A DNA stretch of 25,948 bases from a virus (Duplodnaviria; Caudoviricetes). The position numbers and the translations under genes are program-made. Under the pieces are notes generated by a model, which was not told the DNA's origin, ran no database searches, and was given only the letters and a program-made list of their open reading frames with translations. Positions 1-6,398 of the stretch are shown here, piece by piece. Each line of letters begins with the position of its first letter. The first letter of the stretch is position 1. The stretch is taken from positions 1-25,948 of IMG/VR virus record IMGVR_UViG_3300050162_000033, one strand, 5' to 3'.

Positions 1-1
1 A

Positions 2-469
2 GGGGGTGGGGCGGGAGCTGCCCCCAGAACCAGTCACTCTTTAGAACCAGTCAATGAACCATTAAAAGATCTTCGTCGCGACTTAAAAATCGCAACGCCG
101 AAAAAGTCGAAATTCAAGTTTTCAGATGACGATATGACCGCAGCAACCTGGATGCGAGATCGTGTTTTACTGATAAACCCGTCTGCAAAACAACCAAACT
201 TGGAATCATGGGCCAATGACGTCCGGATGCTGAGGGAGATTGATGGAAGATCTCTCAAAGAGATTGGTGAGCTATTTGACTGGGCAAACCGGAATGATTT
301 CTGGTGCTCGAACATACTGAGCCCCAAGACACTACGGAAACAATGGGACAAATTAACGCTACAGCGATCCAGACCAGCAGGTAATGCGATGGTGAGGGGT
401 GGAGAGCAAAACCTCACAGCGGACTGCACAGAGGCTTTCAGGATGATTGAGGATGGAGAGATTTTGTGA
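2..469 (+). CDS. Phage replication initiator protein (O-like), 5'-truncated by the window edge
   Basis: The frame of ORF 134..469 is open back to base 2 (GGGAGAAPRTSHSLEPVNEP...). The C-terminal WANDVRMLREIDGR...WANRNDFWCSNILSPKTLRKQWDKL motif is typical of lambdoid initiator C-termini, and a P-like gene follows. Confidence 0.88.
   Translation, partial: GGGAGAAPRTSHSLEPVNEPLKDLRRDLKIATPKKSKFKFSDDDMTAATWMRDRVLLINPSAKQPNLESWANDVRMLREIDGRSLKEIGELFDWANRNDFWCSNILSPKTLRKQWDKLTLQRSRPAGNAMVRGGEQNLTADCTEAFRMIEDGEIL
26..61 (+). repeat. Short direct repeats, possible iterons within the initiator gene
   Basis: AGAACCAGTCA at 26-36 and 43-53, with a partial GAACCA at 56-61. Lambdoid origins lie inside the initiator gene. 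Confidence 0.4.
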
Positions 470-478
470 TGAATGGAC

Positions 479-506
479 TTGTGAAAATATCTTGTCATGC
501 TATGAT
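479..506 (+). promoter_or_regulatory. Putative sigma70 promoter for rha
   Basis: TTGTGA (479-484), 16 bp spacer, extended -10 TGcTATGAT (498-506) in the intergenic gap. Confidence 0.5.
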
Positions 507-536
507 TTGATTTAATCACACATCATGGAGATAAAA

Positions 537-1037
537 ATGGAAAATCTCGTTTCTTCTGTCAACGGTGTGGCAGTTGTCAATTCAAAACAGGTTGCAGATC
601 ACTTTTCCGCGGCTGGTGGTCATCGATACATTTTGAATGTGATCAGAAAGCTCATTAATGAACTGGGTGATTTTGGAGTGCAAAATTATTTGCTCTCCTC
701 ATATATTTCAAAGCAAAACAAGAAGTTAGATTGTTTTGAAATGACCAGAGACGGGTTCACTTTTCTTGCCATGGGGTTGACTGGGCCAAAAGCAAACCAG
801 TGGAAAATAAAGTATCTAACGGCATTCAATGAAATGGAAAAGATGCTTTCTGGCGAAACCAGCGTCATGAAGCAATTGAACCAGGCAATCAAGCTCATGG
901 AAGAAGACAAGTTGATTGCGAGTGCGTGCGGAAAGGGTCTTGGTGAGTGGAAAAAAGCAAGACTTGAGCACATGAAAGAAATCAAGGATTTAAATGAGAA
1001 AGCACAATTAATATTGAATTTTGGTGATAAAAAATGA
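537..1037 (+). CDS. rha: Rha family phage regulatory protein
   Basis: VVNSKQVADHF...H..IL..IR and FEMTRDGFTFLAMGLTGPKANQWKIKYLTAFNEME match the Rha signature. Start placed at ATG 537 after GGAG. Confidence 0.9.
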   Translation: MENLVSSVNGVAVVNSKQVADHFSAAGGHRYILNVIRKLINELGDFGVQNYLLSSYISKQNKKLDCFEMTRDGFTFLAMGLTGPKANQWKIKYLTAFNEMEKMLSGETSVMKQLNQAIKLMEEDKLIASACGKGLGEWKKARLEHMKEIKDLNEKAQLILNFGDKK

Positions 1038-1825
1038 GCGGACCAAAATCATTACTTCAGCTGATGGACGAAAAGGCGAACTCCATTCGTGAATCAAAGG
1101 GGTTGCCAGCGGCCCCCGCGAAATCCCAAGTATTCACGGAAAAAGATCAGCAATCAATGAATGTCGTTTTCAATCAGCTGATGCAGATATTCCCTGGACA
1201 CAAAAAACAGTTTTCCAGAGAGGATGACTTTGACAAATTCAAAGCTCAATTCATCAAAGGGCTGCTTGATTCAAAGATCCGGCGGCGCGAGCAATTCGAG
1301 AAGGCCTTCCGCAAAGCTCGCGAGCGCATATATCCAACACTCCCGACGATTGGCGAATTCCTGTCATGGTGCAAACGGGAGCCAGATGATTACGGTTATC
1401 CAACATGTGAGCAGGCGCTCTGGGAAGTATTGAATCGATACAAAGACATAAACCCGGCATCCAGGCTTGCTGGCAGGAAAACCAGATATGAGCGCGGAAC
1501 GATGAAGGCTGATGAGTATGAGCAGGTATTCAGCGAGGTTTATTGCGAAATCGTTTTTGATGCGGTCGACAATGGTCGTGATCTCGCCGCTGAGATTGCC
1601 CGCGCCATTGAGTCAAAGCCGACTAAAAAGGAGTCGAGCGCAGACATTGCCCAGTCAAGCCTGGAGTCGATGAAGTGTCTTTTTGGCAAGTCGATTGCTG
1701 CGAAATCCGCTGTTGGGCATGAAAGCGATAAGGAAAGGCGGGCGCGCATTATCGAGAAAAAGCTGAAGATGGGGTTCTCGCTATCAGATGACGATAAAAA
1801 ATTTATGGAATCGATGAAAAAATAG
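1034..1825 (+). CDS. Replication protein P-like (helicase loader)
   Basis: VFNQLMQIFP...KAQFIKGL...ARERIYPTLPTIGEFLSWCK...YGYPTCEQA resembles the lambda P family; lies downstream of the O-like gene. Confidence 0.8.
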   Translation: MSGPKSLLQLMDEKANSIRESKGLPAAPAKSQVFTEKDQQSMNVVFNQLMQIFPGHKKQFSREDDFDKFKAQFIKGLLDSKIRRREQFEKAFRKARERIYPTLPTIGEFLSWCKREPDDYGYPTCEQALWEVLNRYKDINPASRLAGRKTRYERGTMKADEYEQVFSEVYCEIVFDAVDNGRDLAAEIARAIESKPTKKESSADIAQSSLESMKCLFGKSIAAKSAVGHESDKERRARIIEKKLKMGFSLSDDDKKFMESMKK

Positions 1826-1848
1826 AATCGAAACACCAGAAAATTAAC

Positions 1849-1877
1849 TTGATTAACGGATACATTAGCCCTATATT
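1849..1877 (+). promoter_or_regulatory. Putative sigma70 promoter (cassette promoter 1)
   Basis: TTGATT (1849-1854), 17 bp, TATATT (1872-1877); downstream sequence resembles the promoter at 3907-3935. Confidence 0.65.
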
Positions 1878-1918
1878 CAATTGCATTGAATCAAATCAAA
1901 CAAAACGAGGAACTACTC

Positions 1919-2356
1919 ATGAATGGCTTAATCGAAAATCTAAAAGATATTATTCGTCGTTACGAAAACGACGACGAATGCCAGCACAAAACAGCGAAGC
2001 AGTGGAAGCTGGCGGCTGAATTGCTGTTGGAAGATTGTAAGTTGTTGCAATCAATTATTGCGTGTCGAACAGATGGCATATCAAAAATGGTAAATTGTGT
2101 GAATGATCGTGATATTGAAATATCCTCACTAAGGCTCACAATTGACGCTCTTAACGATCGCATTGCTGAACTGGAAAAAGCACTAGGACGCACAAGTGAG
2201 GATCGTTTTGCAGAAACTAAACGCGCCGATGAACTAGCAAAACGAATTGATCAAGCTTTTGAATTAATTAAAAACCGGAGAGGGGATAAATCAGGGATGT
2301 ACTCCAACGAAGTACGGAATTTAATTAAAATCCTGAACGGTAAGGACGATGAATAA
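1919..2356 (+). CDS. Hypothetical coiled-coil phage protein
   Basis: ORF with GAGGA RBS before ATG 1919; heptad-like C-terminal half. Confidence 0.7.
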   Translation: MNGLIENLKDIIRRYENDDECQHKTAKQWKLAAELLLEDCKLLQSIIACRTDGISKMVNCVNDRDIEISSLRLTIDALNDRIAELEKALGRTSEDRFAETKRADELAKRIDQAFELIKNRRGDKSGMYSNEVRNLIKILNGKDDE

Positions 2357-2754
2357 TGAAATACTCAGAGGAATTTATTGCTTATAACCGGATGGTGCAT
2401 GAAGTTTCAGGTGCGGTTCTTGAAGGGAAGGAAATTGAGAAGCGTGCGCCGTTGGGCGAGGAGCCGTTGGGCTGGCTGCCGTTGGGTTGGGGTTCATACA
2501 GTAATAATGGCTCTTACAGAGTCAAGCCTCGCCCAGTAGTAGTGAACGGGGTTGATGTACCATCCCCAGAGGTAACGCTCCCCGCTGAGGGGGTCCAATA
2601 CTATACCCCAGATGCTAAGGAATCTGATGGTGTTAATACGATATTTAGTGGGGATCTTGAAAACTATGACCTGCGTTTGCTTAGACGTGGGTTGATTCAT
2701 CTCACGAAAGAAAATGCACTTAAACATGCGGAAGCACTGGGGTTCACAAAATGA
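2356..2754 (+). CDS. Hypothetical phage protein
   Basis: TAATG coupling to the upstream gene; C-terminal GLIHLTKENALKHAEAL resembles a recurrent phage hypothetical family. Confidence 0.7.
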   Translation: MKYSEEFIAYNRMVHEVSGAVLEGKEIEKRAPLGEEPLGWLPLGWGSYSNNGSYRVKPRPVVVNGVDVPSPEVTLPAEGVQYYTPDAKESDGVNTIFSGDLENYDLRLLRRGLIHLTKENALKHAEALGFTK

Positions 2755-2780
2755 GTCGGTGTATTCGGAAGAGTCGATAG

Positions 2781-3230
2781 ATGAAAATTCAAGTTGTTAA
2801 GTTTGCTGGTGGAGTTACATCCCCAGCGAGCGACATCGATGCAGAAAAGATGTCGAAGTTAAAAACTGGCGAGCAGTACGAAATCGAGATCAAACAGACC
2901 AGAAACCCGCAGTTCCACAGAAAAGTTTTTGCATTTCTGGGGTTCTGTTTTCAACATTGGTCAGCAGATCACACGGAATGCCAGTTTATGGATGAATCCG
3001 CGCAGTTCGACACATTCAGGGAGCATATAACTGTTTTGGCGGGGTACTATGAAACCACGTATAACCTGAAAGGCGATGTTAGGATTAGGGCGAGGTCTCT
3101 GTCATTCGGCAATATGTCACAAGAAGAATTTGAGCAGTTTTACAGCGCAGCGATCCGGGTGGCAGTGAAACATATTTTTAATGGCACAACAGACGAAAAA
3201 ATACTGAATCAACTACAAAGTTTTTTTTAA
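2781..3230 (+). CDS. DUF1367 family protein (nin region)
   Basis: RNPQFHRKVFAFLGFCF...FDTFRE.ITVLAGYY...ARSLSFGNMSQEEFEQFYSA motif. Confidence 0.85.
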   Translation: MKIQVVKFAGGVTSPASDIDAEKMSKLKTGEQYEIEIKQTRNPQFHRKVFAFLGFCFQHWSADHTECQFMDESAQFDTFREHITVLAGYYETTYNLKGDVRIRARSLSFGNMSQEEFEQFYSAAIRVAVKHIFNGTTDEKILNQLQSFF

Positions 3231-3245
3231 TAAATGGAGAAAATC

Positions 3246-3620
3246 ATGAACGAAAAAATTATCGAGATGATCTTGAATGCAGCATTAAATCAACCAACCG
3301 CACAGAAAGAAAAATCAGAATTTCCAATGATCGGGAAGCACGTCATCATTCGCACATATTCAGCTGGGTGTTGGTTCGGTGTGCTGTCACAGAAAGATGG
3401 CACAGAGGTAATTCTAGCTGACGCTCGACGCATGTTTTACTGGAAATCCGCTGGTGGATCGATCTCGCTATCCGGTTGCGCAGTCCATGGGGTTGTAGAA
3501 GATGAAAGCAAAATCGTTGAGCCAGTTGGCAGCGTTTGGCTTGACGCAATCGAAATAACCCCATGCTCTGATGTCGCGATCAAATCTTTGAGTGGTGCAA
3601 AAAATGTCAAAGCTAAATAA
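3246..3620 (+). CDS. DUF6948-like protein, probable Sm/LSm fold
   Basis: MIGKHVIIRTYSAGCWFGVL...VILADARRMFYW...ISLSGCAVHG...IEITPCS is recognised as DUF6948-like; the Sm-fold reading is inferred from the residue pattern. GGAG precedes ATG 3246. Confidence 0.75.
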   Translation: MNEKIIEMILNAALNQPTAQKEKSEFPMIGKHVIIRTYSAGCWFGVLSQKDGTEVILADARRMFYWKSAGGSISLSGCAVHGVVEDESKIVEPVGSVWLDAIEITPCSDVAIKSLSGAKNVKAK

Positions 3621-3825
3621 AAATGACGGCTTCGGCGACGGCGACGGCTCCGGCTCCGGCTACGGCTCAGGCTCCGGCTCAGGCTCCGGCTTCGGCGACG
3701 GCTCCGGCTACGGCTCAGGCTCCGGCTCAGGCTCCGGCTTCGGCGACGGCTCCGGCTCCGGCTCCGGCTACGGCGACGGCTCCGGCTACGGCTCCGGCTC
3801 CGGCTCAGGCTCAGGCTCAAAATAA
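3604..3825 (+). CDS. Gly-X repeat peptide (MSKLNKND-(GX)32-K)
   Basis: ATG 3604 overlaps the end of the DUF6948-like gene by 17 nt, with GAGTGGT upstream; the stop comes one codon after the repeat ends. Confidence 0.6.
   Translation: MSKLNKNDGFGDGDGSGSGYGSGSGSGSGFGDGSGYGSGSGSGSGFGDGSGSGSGYGDGSGYGSGSGSGSGSK
3628..3819 (+). repeat. 32 tandem hexamers GGC-(TCC/TCA/TAC/TTC/GAC) with an internal 48-bp duplication
   Basis: Read directly: 192 bp, every unit begins with GGC; 3652-3699 is identical to 3700-3747. Confidence 0.97.
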
Positions 3826-3834
3826 AATCAATGC

Positions 3835-3855
3835 GCTGGTCATTAATTGACCAGC
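3835..3855. other. Perfect 8-bp inverted repeat downstream of the Gly-X array
   Basis: GCTGGTCA-TTAAT-TGACCAGC, with no U-tract after it. Confidence 0.6.
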
Positions 3856-3906
3856 TATCAATTGCAACAAACCATGATCTAAATCAAAAAATAACTAAAA
3901 TAGCGG

Positions 3907-3935
3907 CTGACTGTAGGGCTTATGTGCCCTATATT
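3907..3935 (+). promoter_or_regulatory. Putative sigma70 promoter (cassette promoter 2) with a palindrome in the spacer
   Basis: CTGACT (3907-3912), 17 bp, TATATT (3930-3935); A-tracts upstream; inverted repeat TAGGGC-ttatgt-GCCCTA at 3914-3931. Confidence 0.6.
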
Positions 3936-3968
3936 TAATTCATCAAAACGAAACAGAGGAAATACAAA

Positions 3969-4178
3969 ATGAACGTGACTTACAACGGTAAAGACAAAAA
4001 CTTGGCTGATGCATCAACTATTTACTGGTTTGATATTGATGGCGAAATTTATGGTCTGGTTGAAGCTGGCCCCCTGCCGCCTATCGTGGTTGATTGCGAC
4101 GGCTGTCCGAATAATGTAAGTGCCGCTATCAATAATGCACTGATTAGTGTTATGACCGCGGAAATGCGCCAAGAATAA
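3969..4178 (+). CDS. Small hypothetical protein
   Basis: GAGGA RBS; first gene after promoter 2. Confidence 0.7.
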   Translation: MNVTYNGKDKNLADASTIYWFDIDGEIYGLVEAGPLPPIVVDCDGCPNNVSAAINNALISVMTAEMRQE

Positions 4179-4187
4179 TTAACCATC

Positions 4188-4208
4188 CGGGCCACGCGCC
4201 CGATTTTT
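4188..4208 (+). terminator. Possible weak intrinsic terminator
   Basis: CGGGC-cacgc-GCCCG followed by ATTTTT. Confidence 0.45.
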
Positions 4209-4221
4209 GAGGAAAATGGAA

Positions 4222-4398
4222 ATGAATAAATTAATTGTAATCAATCACACATCCAACACATTTTCAGCGAACCCATATGTCCGCAACTCCCGAGCAGAGT
4301 TCAAAACACTCATCGAAGCGGTTCGGTGCACCGGAACCCCCGTAGTTTTCATGGATTGCAAGGGGCGTCAATTTGTCATCGAAGAAAATAAGGGGTAG
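4222..4398 (+). CDS. Small hypothetical protein
   Basis: GAGGA RBS at 4209-4213; start is 4216 or 4222. Confidence 0.6.
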   Translation: MNKLIVINHTSNTFSANPYVRNSRAEFKTLIEAVRCTGTPVVFMDCKGRQFVIEENKG

Positions 4399-4401
4399 GC
4401 C

Positions 4402-4638
4402 ATGGAATCAAAATTGAATCAATCAATCGCATCGCTGATGTGCGATGGAAAGAAAAGATCGCTTTATGGAATCGTTACTCAGATAGCTGAGTTCGCTGGT
4501 GACATGCCGAAAACAACCGATGTTTATCATGCGCTTGATTCTGGAAAAGTTCTGGGGTGGGTAGTAGAAAAATCTGAAAATGATCGCGGTCTGACTGTTT
4601 TCCGGTTTGTGCCAAACCTAGCTGAAAACGACGATTAA
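4402..4638 (+). CDS. Small protein, possibly winged helix-turn-helix
   Basis: LMCDGKKRSLYGI...helix...GWVVEK...GLTVFRF is a three-helix plus beta-hairpin pattern; the fold is inferred. Confidence 0.5.
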   Translation: MESKLNQSIASLMCDGKKRSLYGIVTQIAEFAGDMPKTTDVYHALDSGKVLGWVVEKSENDRGLTVFRFVPNLAENDD

Positions 4639-4652
4639 TCGATGGAGGCAAT

Positions 4653-4841
4653 ATGATTATCACCGCAATAGTGTCCTCTTTGTTAGGGATGTTTTATCAG
4701 TGGATATGCGATAAATACACGATCAGTGAATTGGAATATAAAAACGAGTCTCTTAAAGACGAAAACAAACAGCTCAAAAAAGAAATCGTGATGCTCAAAT
4801 CAATAAATCCTTATCTCGATGAGCGCACGCGAAATTTATGA
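4653..4841 (+). CDS. Small membrane-anchored coiled-coil protein
   Basis: GGAGG RBS; hydrophobic N-terminus followed by heptads. Confidence 0.65.
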   Translation: MIITAIVSSLLGMFYQWICDKYTISELEYKNESLKDENKQLKKEIVMLKSINPYLDERTRNL

Positions 4842-4987
4842 AAAGGGGTAACTACATGATGGGATTGGGAGTTTGGATTTGGTGCGCGGCGGTTTGGCAC
4901 AAAGACGGATCTGGGAAGTTAATTAAAGGGGTGTCGCTGGTTGCGGCGGTTTCGGTTGGTTTTTTGTTCACGATGGCGGGCAAATAG
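4838..4987 (+). CDS. 49-aa putative membrane protein (not in ORF track)
   Basis: ATGA overlap with the upstream stop; MKRGNYMMGLGVWIWCAAVWHKDGSGKLIKGVSLVAAVSVGFLFTMAGK fills the gap exactly and has two hydrophobic segments. Confidence 0.6.
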   Translation: MKRGNYMMGLGVWIWCAAVWHKDGSGKLIKGVSLVAAVSVGFLFTMAGK

Positions 4988-5401
4988 ATGACGAATTTTG
5001 ATTATGTAGACGATAACCTGGCAATGGCCGGGATATCAAAAGAGTTTGTGGATTTTTCGGAAGTTCCGGGTGATTACACTCCGAAGATCGTTTTTATCTC
5101 CGGCCCGATCACTGGGATGCCTGTTGGGAATGCTCATGCTTTTTCGTGGGCAAAGCGTCAATATCTGCAAAAACATCCGCACGATATCGTATTGAATCCG
5201 TGTGTTTTTCCCGCTGGATTGTCATATGGTTTCTATATGGAGCTCACCCTGCGAATGCTGGCCGAATGCACGCACATCATCATGCTGGATGGCTGGGAAA
5301 AATCGACGGGCGCGAATATCGAGCGGGCGTTTGCGCTGAAAAATGGGATTGTTGAAATTAATATTGATGGGATGCAGCATGAACCAACATCAATCAAATA
5401 G
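4988..5401 (+). CDS. DUF4406 family protein (nucleoside deoxyribosyltransferase-like fold)
   Basis: VFISGPITG...F...LNP...YM...L..C..I.ML.GWEKSTGA.IE..FA signature. Confidence 0.88.
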   Translation: MTNFDYVDDNLAMAGISKEFVDFSEVPGDYTPKIVFISGPITGMPVGNAHAFSWAKRQYLQKHPHDIVLNPCVFPAGLSYGFYMELTLRMLAECTHIIMLDGWEKSTGANIERAFALKNGIVEINIDGMQHEPTSIK

Positions 5402-5411
5402 GAGTAATAAA

Positions 5412-5867
5412 ATGGAACACAAAACATATATTGGAACCAAGATGATCAACGCACACGCAATGAATCGTCAGGAGTACAACGATTTCAGGGGCTGGACAGT
5501 ACCAGAAAATGAAGATCCGGCGGATGAGGGTTATCTGGTTGAATACCTGGACGGCGGCAAACCGAACACTGAAGCGTATGCAGGCTACGTGTCTTGGTCA
5601 CCAAAAGAACAGTTTGAAAAAGCGTATCGGCCGGCTTCCGTCCTGCCGTTCGGGTTAGCTGTTGAGGCGCTGAAAAATGGGCTGGCTGTTGCTCGTTTAG
5701 GTTGGAATGGCAAAGACATGTATGTCAATCTGAATCCGCCCTATGTTGACGAAGCCGGTCATTTGCATCGTCAATACATGACCTTGAAAACCGCGGATGG
5801 ATCTATCGCAACGTGGGCTCCTTCTGGCAGCGATGCTTTAGCCGAAGACTGGGTGATAGTGGAATGA
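5412..5867 (+). CDS. tad2: DUF2829/Tad2-family anti-defence sponge with an extra N-terminal domain
   Basis: C-half FGLAVEALKNG..VAR.GWNGK.M...W.PS.SD.LAEDW is the DUF2829 signature. N-half YIGTK.I.A..M...GYLVEY...YVSWSPKEQFEKAY is a separate domain. GGAG precedes ATG 5412. Confidence 0.85.
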   Translation: MEHKTYIGTKMINAHAMNRQEYNDFRGWTVPENEDPADEGYLVEYLDGGKPNTEAYAGYVSWSPKEQFEKAYRPASVLPFGLAVEALKNGLAVARLGWNGKDMYVNLNPPYVDEAGHLHRQYMTLKTADGSIATWAPSGSDALAEDWVIVE

Positions 5868-6049
5868 ATAATCATCAACCGAAAGGAAGCATGTGCGCTG
5901 CCTGTAAATTCTCAACCTGCGATTGTTCAAAACTACAATTTGACAAGATGCCAGTTTTAAAAAAATACCCGGACGGAACTAAGGCTGTTAAATGCACTGA
6001 GTTCCAGCATGAAAGTAAATTAGGAAGGATAGTGAATCATGGAAACTAA
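5864..6049 (+). CDS. Small Cys-rich protein, probably Zn-binding
   Basis: ATGA overlap; MNNHQPKGSMCAAC...C.C..L.F..MP...VKCTEF. Confidence 0.7.
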   Translation: MNNHQPKGSMCAACKFSTCDCSKLQFDKMPVLKKYPDGTKAVKCTEFQHESKLGRIVNHGN

Positions 6050-6398
6050 ATTTTCGATAGACGAAGAATATTATCAATTTGGTAGTGTAGAAGAAGCATT
6101 GGATGCCGCATATTCAGAAGAATATGAATTTCCTGTCACTGTTTATGAACAGAATTTTGAAGAAAAAGACTTGTCATCAGCTATTAACCCAGAAGGGATT
6201 TATGATTTCATTTGTGATGAAGTTTATAACTTAATCAGTATTGACGAAGAAGCAAGCGATTATGTTAAACCCATGAATGAAGAAATAGAAAATAAATTCA
6301 AAGAACTGTTTAATTCGATCCAAATTAAAAAAATGTGGTTCCCGGTCGGAGACGTAATCACCCATGAGTTCAGTGAATATCCGAAGGATGGTGAATGA
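6039..6398 (+). CDS. Highly acidic small protein
   Basis: 119 aa with 31 Asp/Glu, 8 Lys and no Arg by hand count; AT-rich; overlaps both neighbours. Confidence 0.75.
   Translation: METKFSIDEEYYQFGSVEEALDAAYSEEYEFPVTVYEQNFEEKDLSSAINPEGIYDFICDEVYNLISIDEEASDYVKPMNEEIENKFKELFNSIQIKKMWFPVGDVITHEFSEYPKDGE

Noticed and set aside
3595-3625. -1 frameshift at A-AAA-AAT fusing DUF6948 to the repeat
   Set aside because: The -1 frame reaches TAA within a few codons, before the array. The Gly frame would need a +1 shift and already has its own ATG and SD-like sequence.
3628-3819. CRISPR array or DGR template/variable repeat
   Set aside because: The period is 6 bp with no unique spacers; there is no cas or reverse transcriptase gene and no second copy differing at adenines.
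3437-3850. Ser-Arg-repeat ORF (- strand, 3437-3820) and Ala-Pro-Thr ORF (3623-3850) as real genes
   Set aside because: They are open as a by-product of the stop-free hexamer array. The Ala frame has no SD before its ATG and the - strand ORF opposes the operon. Not formally excluded.
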